From Gemmatimonadota bacterium (lineage in GTDB: Bacteria > Gemmatimonadota > Gemmatimonadetes > Palauibacterales > Palauibacteraceae): a stretch of 64,000 bases of DNA. The stretch covers positions 2,720,001-2,784,000 of the forward strand of contig OY762926.1 of the NCBI GenBank assembly GCA_963666735.1, in the 5' to 3' direction. The notes beneath the pieces are model-generated. The model worked only from the letters and a program-made list of their open reading frames with translations. It did not search any database and was not told where the DNA came from. Shown here piece after piece: positions 37,773 through 47,185 of the stretch. The position numbers and the translations under genes are program-made. Numbering within the stretch: position 1 is the stretch's first letter; each line of letters opens with the position of its first letter.

Positions 37773-39100
37773 AGCCCGATCTTCTCCTCGATCGCTTCGC
37801 GCACGCGCGCTCGCACCCCCTCCATCGGAAGGCGCCCCAGCACCTCGTCGAAGAACCCGAACACGAGCAGGCGCTCGGCCTGGCGCCGCGTGAGGCCGCG
37901 GCTCATCAAGTAGAAGAGCTGTCCATCCTCCACCTGCCCGATCGTCGCCCCGTGCGAGCAGCGGACATCGTCGGCCTCGATCTCCAGGTTGGGAAGCGCG
38001 GAGGCACGAGAGCGCTCGCTCAGCAGCAGGTTGCGGTTCGTCTGGTAGGCGTCCGTGAGCTGGGCTCCCTTGTCGACCCGGATCAGCCCGCGAAAGACGC
38101 TCGACCCCGCGTCCGTCAGGGCCCCCTTGAACAGCAGGTCGCTGTGCGCGTGCGGCGCCGCGTGATGCTGCAGCGTGTGGTGGTCGAAGTGCTGGTCGGA
38201 GTCGCCGAACCAGAGGGCGAGCATCTCGCTGTCGCTCCCGGGGCCGTCGAGACGGCTCGTCACGTCCGCCCGCGACAGGTCGCCGCCCAGCGCCACATTG
38301 AAGGTGACGACCCGCGAGTCGCGGCCCGCGACGACGTGCTGCGTCGAGAACCGCTTCACGCCCCGGCCGAAGCGCTGGAGCGCGACGTAGTCGATGCCCG
38401 CGCCCCCCTCCCCCGTGATCGTCGCCCCGTGAAGCGAGACCGTCTCCGCATCGAGGTCGTCGGAGAAGAACTCGTCGATGACCGCGGCCCGGGCGCCCGA
38501 CTCCCCGTACACGAACGAATGAGTCGAGGAGAGCGTCCCCGCCCGTTCGACGATGTGGAACGCGTGGATCGGCGCCGGCATCTCCACCCCGCGCGGCACG
38601 TAGAGGAAGTAGCCTCCGCCCAGGAGTGCGAGGTGCAGCGCCCAGAGCTTCTCCTCCGCGGGGCCCGGTTGCGCCTCGAGCAGCGCGCGCCTCAGCACCT
38701 CCGGATGCCGGTCCGCCGCGTCCCGGATCGACGACAGGACCACGCCGCTCCGCGCCACCTCGGGTTCGAGTTCGAGATGCGCGACCCGCCCCTCCCGCAG
38801 CACGACCACGCCCGCGCGCTCGCCGGAGCGTCCGAGCACCTCGCGCACGTCCGCCGACAGCGTTTCCGCCGTTGCGGGCGCCGGGACCACCGGCGTGAGC
38901 GCTTCGAAGCCGACCTTCGTGAGGTCCGTGTACCGCCATTCCTCCGACTTCTTCGTCGGCCAGGGAAGGGAGGTGAACCGCGCCCATGCGGCGGCCCGCG
39001 CCGCCGCGATCACGTCCGGCTCCGTCAGCCCGCCGGCAAGCGTATCGAAATCCGCCGCGGCCAGCGTCGACTCCGCAGGCCCGGCCGTCATCGTGCTCAT
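37769..39100 (-). CDS. sufD: Fe-S assembly protein SufD
   Basis: EEWRYT, PNLEIEADDVRCSHGAT, FYLMSRG. Confidence 0.93.
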   Translation of the reverse strand: MSTMTAGPAESTLAAADFDTLAGGLTEPDVIAAARAAAWARFTSLPWPTKKSEEWRYTDLTKVGFEALTPVVPAPATAETLSADVREVLGRSGERAGVVVLREGRVAHLELEPEVARSGVVLSSIRDAADRHPEVLRRALLEAQPGPAEEKLWALHLALLGGGYFLYVPRGVEMPAPIHAFHIVERAGTLSSTHSFVYGESGARAAVIDEFFSDDLDAETVSLHGATITGEGGAGIDYVALQRFGRGVKRFSTQHVVAGRDSRVVTFNVALGGDLSRADVTSRLDGPGSDSEMLALWFGDSDQHFDHHTLQHHAAPHAHSDLLFKGALTDAGSSVFRGLIRVDKGAQLTDAYQTNRNLLLSERSRASALPNLEIEADDVRCSHGATIGQVEDGQLFYLMSRGLTRRQAERLLVFGFFDEVLGRLPMEGVRARVREAIEEKIGL

Positions 39101-39149
39101 ATCCTGAGAACCCCTCGTCGTCTGTGTCAGGGAGTGGGAGTCCGGGTCG

Positions 39150-40565
39150 CTATCCGACCGACCCTTCCATCTCCAGCTCGATCAGCCGGTTCAGCTCGAT
39201 CGCGTACTCGAGCGGCAACTCCTTGGCCACCGGCTCGATGAAGCCGCGTACGATCATCGCCATCGCCTCCGCCTCGTCGAGCCCCCGACTCATCAGATAG
39301 AAGAGCTGCTCGTCGCCGACCTTCGAGACCGTGGCCTCGTGTCCGATCGACGCCGTGTTCTCATCGATCTCGATGTAGGGGTAGGTGTCCGTCCGCGACC
39401 GTTCGTCGAGCAGCAGGGCGTCGCACTCGACGTTGGACTTCGCGCCCACGGCGCCGTCATACACCTTGCACAGTCCGCGGTAGGAGGAGCGCCCAAGCCC
39501 CTTCGAGATCGACTTCGAGGTGATCTGGGATGTCGTGTTGGGGGCGGCGTGGATCACCTTGCCGCCCGTGTCCTGGTGCTGGCCGTCCCCCGCGTACGCG
39601 ATGGAGAGGATCTCGCCGTGCGCCCGCTCTCCGACCAGGTAGCACGACGGATACTTCATCGTGAGCTTCGAGCCCAGGTTCCCGTCGAGCCACTCCATCT
39701 TCGCTTCCTCGTGCACGAGCGCCCGCTGCGTGACGAGGTTGTACATGTTGTTCGACCAGTTCTGGATCGTGGTGTACCGGAAGCGCGCGCCCTTCTTGAC
39801 CACGATCTCGATGACCCCGGAGTGGAACGAGTCCGTCGAGTAGACCGGTGCCGTACAGCCCTCGATGTAGTGGGCTTCCGCCCCCTCCTCGCAGATGATG
39901 AGGGTGCGCTCGAACTGGCCCATGCGCTCGGCGTTGACCCGGAAGTAGGCCTGGAGCGGGATCTCCACCTTCACCCCCTTCGGGATGTAGACGAACGACC
40001 CGCCCGACCACACGGCCGAGTTGAGCGCGGCGAACTTGTTGTCATGCGTGGGGACGACGGTCGAGAAGTACTGCCGAAACAGATCCGGGTGCCTGGCGAG
40101 CCCATCCTCGATCGACTCGAAGATCACGCCCTGCTCCTCCCACTGCTCCTTCAGCGAGTGGTAGACCATCTCGGATTCGTACTGGGCCCCGACCCCGGCG
40201 AGCGCCTTCCGCTCCGCCTCGGGAATCCCGAGCTTCTCGAACGTGTCCTTGATCTCCTGCGGGACATCGTCCCAGGACCGCTCCATCTGGTCCTGCGGCT
40301 TGAGATAGAAATAGATCTCGTCGAGCGTGTCCTCGAGCCTCGAGAGGTCGCCGCCCCACTTCGGCATCGGTTTCGAGTAATAGACCTCGAGCGCCTTGAG
40401 TCGGAACTCGAGCATCCACTCCGGCTCTTCCTTGTGATGCGAGATCTGTCGGACGATGTCGCTGGAGAGGCCGGGGACGGCCTTGAAGACGGGCTTGTCC
40501 TCCGTGACGAATCCGTACTTGTACTCGTCGAGTCCGAGTCCGCTGATCGTCTCGTTCCGGGGCAT
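39150..40565 (-). CDS. sufB: Fe-S assembly protein SufB
   Basis: [29 protein letters not shown]. Confidence 0.96.
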   Translation of the reverse strand: MPRNETISGLGLDEYKYGFVTEDKPVFKAVPGLSSDIVRQISHHKEEPEWMLEFRLKALEVYYSKPMPKWGGDLSRLEDTLDEIYFYLKPQDQMERSWDDVPQEIKDTFEKLGIPEAERKALAGVGAQYESEMVYHSLKEQWEEQGVIFESIEDGLARHPDLFRQYFSTVVPTHDNKFAALNSAVWSGGSFVYIPKGVKVEIPLQAYFRVNAERMGQFERTLIICEEGAEAHYIEGCTAPVYSTDSFHSGVIEIVVKKGARFRYTTIQNWSNNMYNLVTQRALVHEEAKMEWLDGNLGSKLTMKYPSCYLVGERAHGEILSIAYAGDGQHQDTGGKVIHAAPNTTSQITSKSISKGLGRSSYRGLCKVYDGAVGAKSNVECDALLLDERSRTDTYPYIEIDENTASIGHEATVSKVGDEQLFYLMSRGLDEAEAMAMIVRGFIEPVAKELPLEYAIELNRLIELEMEGSVG

Positions 40566-40596
40566 GTCAATTCCTTCCTTTATGGCCTTTACGGCC

Positions 40597-41370
<774 letters not shown>

Positions 41371-41438
41371 TCGTGTCCTCTTGTGTTGCAAAAGGCCGGT
41401 CACCCAGGGGCGCCGGCCTGGAACCACAGCGATCAATT

Positions 41439-41472
41439 CAAGATGAACCGATAACCAAGATGAACCAATAAC
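41439..41472. repeat. 17-bp tandem repeat upstream of sufC
   Basis: CAAGATGAACCGATAAC / CAAGATGAACCAATAAC. Confidence 0.85.
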
Positions 41473-41521
41473 GATTATCGACCGGACAACGTACGCGGCG
41501 CGCGGCCCCTTATCAAGCCTT

Positions 41522-41540
41522 GTTGAGACCCGTTCTCAAC
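41522..41540. promoter_or_regulatory. 19-bp Fur-family-like inverted repeat
   Basis: GTTGAGA-CCCGT-TCTCAAC between sufC and the divergent dehydrogenase. Confidence 0.6.
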
Positions 41541-41620
41541 TGTTGCGGTCGTGTCTCCGCCCACTTCGGAGGGGTCGGCGGCCCCTGCACGGGCCGCGGC
41601 GCGACCGTAGGTTGGCGGCC

Positions 41621-42655
41621 ATGAAAGCGGCCTACTTCGAACGACACGGGGGGCCCGACGTCATCCGCGTCGGAGACCTGCGCGAGCCGACGACCGGCCC
41701 CGGCGAAGTGCTGATCCGCGTGCGCGCGGCGGGGCTCAACCACCTCGACCTCTGGACGCGGCGCGGCCTGCCCGGACTCACGCTGAAGATGCCGCATATC
41801 GGCGGGTCGGATGTGGCGGGCGAGATCACGGCGGTCGGGGATGGCGTGGAGGACTGGGTCCCCGGCGACCGGGTCGCGGTGAACCCCGGCCTCTGGTGCG
41901 CCCGCGCCGACTGCGAGTGGTGCGTCCGTGGCGAGCATCCCCTCTGCGCTTCGTACCGCATCCTCGGCGAACACGTACCCGGCGGCTTCGCCGAGCAGGT
42001 TGCGGTCCCGGCGCGCAACCTGGTCCGGCTCCCCGACGGCTTCCCGTTCGCGACCGCGGCCGTCGCCCCGCTCGTATACCAGACGGCATGGCGCGGACTC
42101 CTCTCGCGAGGGCGGCTGGCGCCGGGAGAGACGGTCCTCGTCACCGGAGCGTCGGGCGGCGTCTCGACCGCCGCGATCCAGATCGCGAAGCACCACGGGG
42201 CGCGCGTGTTCGCGGTCACGAGCGGACCCGCGAACGTGCGGCGCGTGGAGGCGCTGGGAGCGGACCTCGCCATCGACCGTCTCGAGGAGGATTTCTCGCG
42301 GCGCGTCTGGGCGGAGACGAAGAAGCGCGGCGTCGATCTCGTCCTCGACAGCGTGGGCGCGGCGACGTGGGAGGGCTGCGTTCGCACGCTGGCGCGCGCG
42401 GGCAGGATGGTCGTCTACGGCGCGACGACGGGACCGCGGGGCACGCTCAACATCGCACGCCTGTTCTGGAGTCAGACATCGATCATGGGGACGACGATGG
42501 CGACGCGCGCCGAGTTCGAAGCCGTGATCGGGCTCGTGCTGGACGGGACTCTCACGCCGGTGGTCGACGACGTGTGGCCGCTGGACCGGGCGCGGGAGGC
42601 CCACGAGCGGCTGGAGGCCGGGGGAGTCTTCGGGAAGCTCGTTCTCGAGCCGTGA
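41621..42655 (+). CDS. Zinc-binding MDR alcohol dehydrogenase/quinone oxidoreductase family
   Basis: NHLD, PHIGGSD, structural-Zn Cys cluster, GASGGV. Confidence 0.88.
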   Translation: MKAAYFERHGGPDVIRVGDLREPTTGPGEVLIRVRAAGLNHLDLWTRRGLPGLTLKMPHIGGSDVAGEITAVGDGVEDWVPGDRVAVNPGLWCARADCEWCVRGEHPLCASYRILGEHVPGGFAEQVAVPARNLVRLPDGFPFATAAVAPLVYQTAWRGLLSRGRLAPGETVLVTGASGGVSTAAIQIAKHHGARVFAVTSGPANVRRVEALGADLAIDRLEEDFSRRVWAETKKRGVDLVLDSVGAATWEGCVRTLARAGRMVVYGATTGPRGTLNIARLFWSQTSIMGTTMATRAEFEAVIGLVLDGTLTPVVDDVWPLDRAREAHERLEAGGVFGKLVLEP

Positions 42656-43528
42656 CCCCGGCGGCGGCTCCGGGCCGCGCCGAGCGGTTCCGGGACCTCG
42701 CGGAGACCGCCTTCGACATCCTCGTCATCGGCGGCGGCGTTTCCGGCGCGGCCATCGCGTGACGCGGCCCGCCGCGGTTTTCGCACCGCTCTCGTCGAAG
42801 CCGCGGATTTCGCGTGGGGCACGAGCAGCCGTTCCTCCCGCCTCGTGCACGGCGGCCTGCGCTACCTGGAGCACTTCGAATTCGACCTCGTGTTCGAGGC
42901 GAGCCAGGAGCGGCGGACCCTGCTTCGCATCGCGACCCACCTCGTTTGGCCGCTGGAGTTCCACTTTCCGATCTTCCGGGACGGTCGCATCGGCCGAAGG
43001 AAGCTGGACGCGGGGATGTGGCTCTACGACGCGCTCTCGCTGTTCCGGAACAGCGAACGCCATCAGACGACGCCGAGGCCATGCTCGCCTGCGAACCGGG
43101 GCTGCGTGCCGAGGGGCTTCTGGGCGGCGCGCGCTACTTCGGTGCCCAAGTCGACGATGGACCGCCTGCAGGCGTTCCTTGCGCCGGCTGGCGTGAAGGC
43201 GCTTCGGAAGGTGGACGCGGACAAGGTTCCGCTCCCCGGCGAGAGGGTCGTCGCGGAGAGGCCGCACCTTCTGGCCGAAGCGGTGTATGCGGTGCGGAGC
43301 GAGATGGCCCTTCACGTCGAAGACATTCTCTTTCGGCGGATGCGGGTCGGCCTCGAGACGCGCTCCGGGACGCCGGAGGCGGCGCGCCGCGTCGCCGAAG
43401 TCGTGGTGCCGGAGCTGGACTGGACAGGCGAACGGAAGGCGGAGGAAGTGAAACGGGCGCTGACATTCAGGGCAGTGGACGACGGCGCGATCCGCGAACC
43501 GGCCGCCCGCGCGCAGGGGGTCCGCTGA
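42652..43528 (+). pseudogene. glpD: Glycerol-3-phosphate dehydrogenase pseudogene
   Basis: DILVIGGGVSG / GTSSRSSRLVHGGLRYLEH / GARYFGAQVDD lie in different frames (shifts near 42758 and 43070); most of the central domain is missing before the C-terminal EAVYAVRSEMA..EDILFRR. Confidence 0.85.
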
Positions 43529-44232
43529 ACGGGCGGCCTTTCCGGTCGGGCCGCACTCTCTCTCCGCTTGTGTGGCTCGCGGCGGCCTGCGCCCCGGCCG
43601 ACGACACCTCCGATTCGTCCGCTGTCCCGCCCGACTCCGTGCCGCCTGACGAGGCCGCAGCGGCCACCTCGCTCCCGGGCGAGGGTCCAACCCGCGAATA
43701 CCGGATTCTCCTGGTCAATCCGCTCGAAACCGATGCGTACGTCTCCGCCGCCGCCGGCGCCGGGAGCGTGGTGCTCGATACCGTGCCCCGCCGCGATTCG
43801 GTCCGTGTGAACGTTCGGGTGCGAGCCGACCTCGTTCGGCTCGAGGCGCGTGACGCGGGAGGCCTGCTGCTGGCGGAGGTCGACCTCGCGCTGGCACGGG
43901 ACATCCTCAACCGCTGGGTCATCGACGGCGACGCCTCCGCCGGACCTGTCACCATCGGGCCGGAGAGTTCGTTAATCGGCAGGGAGGCCTTATATTGTGG
44001 GAGCGATCTGTGTCGGGATTCGGCGTTAGATGCGGCGTTGGGTGCAGGGACGATGGGGGAGGGGGGACGCCATGAAGAAGTTCAGGATCGCGCTGGCGCT
44101 CGTCGCGAGTATCGCGATGATCGTCGTCGGGCAGCGTCAGGTGGGCCAGAAGGAAGTGCGGACGCAGAAGGCCGACATCCAGGGAGTCGATTCCGAGAAC
44201 GAGGCCTTGTTCATCTAGCTGCTGGCCGATGA
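43525..44232 (+). CDS. Hypothetical lipoprotein (both ends uncertain)
   Basis: LVWLAAAC lipobox, low-complexity linker, beta-rich domain; only a CTG start; 3' part overlaps the next small ORF. Confidence 0.4.
   Translation: MNGRPFRSGRTLSPLVWLAAACAPADDTSDSSAVPPDSVPPDEAAAATSLPGEGPTREYRILLVNPLETDAYVSAAAGAGSVVLDTVPRRDSVRVNVRVRADLVRLEARDAGGLLLAEVDLALARDILNRWVIDGDASAGPVTIGPESSLIGREALYCGSDLCRDSALDAALGAGTMGEGGRHEEVQDRAGARREYRDDRRRAASGGPEGSADAEGRHPGSRFRERGLVHLAAGR
44072..44218 (+). CDS. Small 48-aa protein with signal/TM N-terminus
   Basis: GGAGG RBS, MKKFRIALALVASIAMIVVG..., followed by a hairpin. Confidence 0.6.
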   Translation: MKKFRIALALVASIAMIVVGQRQVGQKEVRTQKADIQGVDSENEALFI

Positions 44233-44255
44233 CCGGCGGCCTCGCCGGTCCTTCC
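44231..44255 (+). terminator. Possible terminator hairpin
   Basis: GACCGGCG-GCCT-CGCCGGTC with a weak pyrimidine tail. Confidence 0.35.
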
Positions 44256-44300
44256 GTCTGAAGAGCCGTCGGGCACTCTCGCGTCGGACGGTGACGGAGC

Positions 44301-45578
44301 ATGACAGGTGCGAGGCACCGGATGAGTCCAGCCAAGTGTAGCGTCGCCCGCCGGATCGGTTTGCGTGGTCGCGTGCTCCGAATCGCCATGCTGCTGCCGG
44401 CGGTGGGGCTCGCCGCATGCTCCGGAGAGAGCTTCGGACCGCTGACGGGGTTCTCGAACTGCTCGCTTCCGCTCACGAACTTCACGGACGCCGGCGTCGA
44501 GCGCTCGAGTATTCCGGCGCTCACGAACCCGGAGGTCGCCACCAGGCTCATCGCGCCCCACGTCGGCTACGTCAATCGCAGCGATCTGGTGATCGGCCTC
44601 GAGTTCAACGGCCAGCCCCTCGCCATACCCCTGAAACTCCTCTGGTATCACGAAGTTCTGAACCTGCAGGCCGACGTCGACTCGACCGTTGCGGGTGCGG
44701 CGGGAGAACGGCTCACGGTCACCTATTCGCCCCTTACGGGGTCGGTCAGCGTCTTCGATCCCGAGCCGAGCGGCACGCCCGACTTCGCCGTGTCCAGCTA
44801 CGTGCTCGACAACAACCTCGTGATGGATGATGGTTCCGGGACGCTCTACCCTCAGTTGACGCGCTCCGCCACCTGCGGCCCGCAGGACGGCATCAGCCTG
44901 AAGCGCGTTCCGTACGAGTTGATGGTGTACGGGGCCTGGCTCCAGGTCTTCCAGGACACCTGGATCGCAACGCGCGTGACGGGGCACGACTTCCTATACA
45001 CCCTCTACCCGTACGGGAACTATCGGGATCCGGACAACGCATCGCTCTTCTATCCGACGTCCGCCCCGATCGACTTGCGACGAAGGCCCAAGGAGCGCGT
45101 GGTCGGAATCCCGTCGGGGACCGGCGGCTACGCGTTCGCCATCTCGGACCTGAGAGAGGTGGCGGCGCGGGACCAGGAAGGGCAGAACTTCACTGTCTGG
45201 GCCGCGAGTGCCAGGGTCGGCGGCGAACCCGTGGTTGCCTTCTGGAACTCCATCGCGCAGAGCGCGCGGATCTACCATGCCCGTGTCAACGGGCGGTCTC
45301 TCACGTTTGAAGTCATCGACGGTCGCCGACAGGACGTGGAAACGGGGAGCGTGTGGAACTTCGGCGGCGAGGCCGTGGCGGGCCCGCTCGACGGAGAAAG
45401 GCTCGAGCCTCATCCCGAGGCGTACCACGCATTCTGGTTCGCCTGGGCGGCGTTCCAGCCGGACACGGAGGTGTGGGTCCCTCCGATTCCTCTCACCGGC
45501 TCCGCGGATTTCGTGCCGGCGGACGACGCGACGCTGCTGCCGCCGGATCCGGATCTGATGAGACGGCGGCCGCGCTGA
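44301..45578 (+). CDS. DUF3179-family lipoprotein
   Basis: LAAC lipobox; IPALTNP, HEVLN, TYSPLTGS, NNLVM, KERVVG, FWFAWAAFQPDT; start uncertain. Confidence 0.75.
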   Translation: MTGARHRMSPAKCSVARRIGLRGRVLRIAMLLPAVGLAACSGESFGPLTGFSNCSLPLTNFTDAGVERSSIPALTNPEVATRLIAPHVGYVNRSDLVIGLEFNGQPLAIPLKLLWYHEVLNLQADVDSTVAGAAGERLTVTYSPLTGSVSVFDPEPSGTPDFAVSSYVLDNNLVMDDGSGTLYPQLTRSATCGPQDGISLKRVPYELMVYGAWLQVFQDTWIATRVTGHDFLYTLYPYGNYRDPDNASLFYPTSAPIDLRRRPKERVVGIPSGTGGYAFAISDLREVAARDQEGQNFTVWAASARVGGEPVVAFWNSIAQSARIYHARVNGRSLTFEVIDGRRQDVETGSVWNFGGEAVAGPLDGERLEPHPEAYHAFWFAWAAFQPDTEVWVPPIPLTGSADFVPADDATLLPPDPDLMRRRPR

Positions 45579-45627
45579 GTCGCGGCGCCTCCGCTGTTCG
45601 AGGCCGGGTCGGTAGGGTCCGGCGGCG

Positions 45628-46824
45628 TCAGCGCGTCCCGGGCAACGTGGGCATCGGATATTTCTCGAGCCAGGCGAAATCGAATTCGTCGCTTCGCACC
45701 AGGTAGGCGCTTGCCGCGCCGAAGGTGACGAGGCGCCGGTCCTCGGGCAGTTCCACCCGGGCGACTCGCTGCCCGCCCGCGTCGAACACATCGTACAGGT
45801 GCGGCTCGCCCGCGGGCACATGACGCCGAACCCACGCCCGGCCTTCCCCATCGACCGCGACCGCCCCGGCCGGGATCACCGGCTTCACGTCGGGCCACTC
45901 GAAGTCGGAGGGATCCGCGGCGCTCGAGCCTGAAGGCGCACGGCTCATGGACATCCGCATCCCGCCGCCGTCGTCCGTGGCCTCGACGCGCAAGCCTCCT
46001 CCGAGGCCCTCGATCCACTCATCCTGGTCCGCCCGGCGCACGCGTACCGGTTCGTAGGCGATCTCGGGCCCCCGCGTGACCCCGCCCGCCGGATCCACCC
46101 ACTCGAGCCGGTAGCCGTCCGCGCGGGCGATCGCCACCCGGCCGTCCCAGGCCACGTTCCACGCATCCTGGTTGGAGAACGGCACGGGCCGGATGTTCAC
46201 GCTGCGGTTGTTGGCGTCACCCGACTCCACCCGCGTCTGTTCCGCCAGCCGGACCCGGCCGGCCTCGGAAATCTCGCCGGAGGCCGGATCGAAGCGCGCC
46301 ACGACCGCCGAATCCGACGTGCCCGCCATCCCGTCTAGTCGCCGCTGGAAGTAGATCCCGCCGTCGCGGTCGGTCCCCACCGGAATCATCATCGTCATCC
46401 CGGTATTCGGGGCTCCGTGCGCGATGGGCCACGTCTCGCCGAAGCTGAGGTCCGCCTCGATGCGGGTGAGCCGGGCGTTGCCGAGGTCGACGAGGAGCGT
46501 CCCGCCGTCCGGAAGGGGGAAGAGACCGTCCGGCGTCCGGTATTCCTCCGGACCCTGACCCGTGTTGGTCAGCGTGTCCGCGCCGCTCCCGGGCATCCAC
46601 ACGATGACGGCGGCGCCGAAGCCGTCCGCTATGAGTACGCGCCCGTCTTCGAGTTCGCGCACGCCACGCATGGAGCCGAGCCCGTCCTCGAAGGTTGCGG
46701 TCGCCGTCCCGAACGAAACCTGCGGCGCCTCCTGTGCCGCGGCCACGCCAGCCGCCCCCACGCCGGCCGCCGCCGCCGCCAGCCCGACGCGGATCATACC
46801 GGTGTTCGCTGCCGTCCTTGTCAT
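45628..46824 (-). CDS. Secreted beta-propeller-type hypothetical protein
   Basis: Signal peptide; VRELEDGRVLIAD, GQGPEEY, YDVFDAGG. Confidence 0.7.
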   Translation of the reverse strand: MTRTAANTGMIRVGLAAAAAGVGAAGVAAAQEAPQVSFGTATATFEDGLGSMRGVRELEDGRVLIADGFGAAVIVWMPGSGADTLTNTGQGPEEYRTPDGLFPLPDGGTLLVDLGNARLTRIEADLSFGETWPIAHGAPNTGMTMMIPVGTDRDGGIYFQRRLDGMAGTSDSAVVARFDPASGEISEAGRVRLAEQTRVESGDANNRSVNIRPVPFSNQDAWNVAWDGRVAIARADGYRLEWVDPAGGVTRGPEIAYEPVRVRRADQDEWIEGLGGGLRVEATDDGGGMRMSMSRAPSGSSAADPSDFEWPDVKPVIPAGAVAVDGEGRAWVRRHVPAGEPHLYDVFDAGGQRVARVELPEDRRLVTFGAASAYLVRSDEFDFAWLEKYPMPTLPGTR

Positions 46825-46852
46825 CGTATTTCCTGCGGGTCTGCGGGTCCTC

Positions 46853-47089
46853 TTACCAGTTCTCTTCGGGCTCGTCCCATGTCTGGGCCCAGAATTCGTC
46901 CTCCTCGGCCCTGACCGCCTCGAGATCCACCGGTTCAACGTCCTCCGCGTCCACGCGGCCCACCGTCTCGATGCGCTGCACGATTTCGTCCGTCACGCCG
47001 CTCCGGGTCTCGCGGCGCAGTCGGCTGCGAAGCCTCCAGCCGGTCACCGCCACCAGCACCGCAAGCGCCATGAAAATGTAACCGGTCAC
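46853..47089 (-). CDS. Small membrane-anchored acidic protein
   Basis: N-terminal TM helix, acidic tail EEDEFWAQTWDEPEENW. Confidence 0.6.
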   Translation of the reverse strand: MTGYIFMALAVLVAVTGWRLRSRLRRETRSGVTDEIVQRIETVGRVDAEDVEPVDLEAVRAEEDEFWAQTWDEPEENW

Positions 47090-47185
47090 CGTTTCTCACC
47101 GCCCTCGACTGCCGGCCGACGGGTGTGGGGCCGCGGTAGTACCTCGGCTACCCGGGCGCCGATGCCTTCCTGCGCCGCGGCACCG

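Noticed and set aside
41439..41472. CRISPR-like repeats
   Set aside because: Only two adjacent 17-bp units, no spacers, no cas genes
42760..42762. TGA early in glpD as possible selenocysteine
   Set aside because: Homology continues in a different frame (AIA-RDAARRG), so it is a frameshift and not a Cys position
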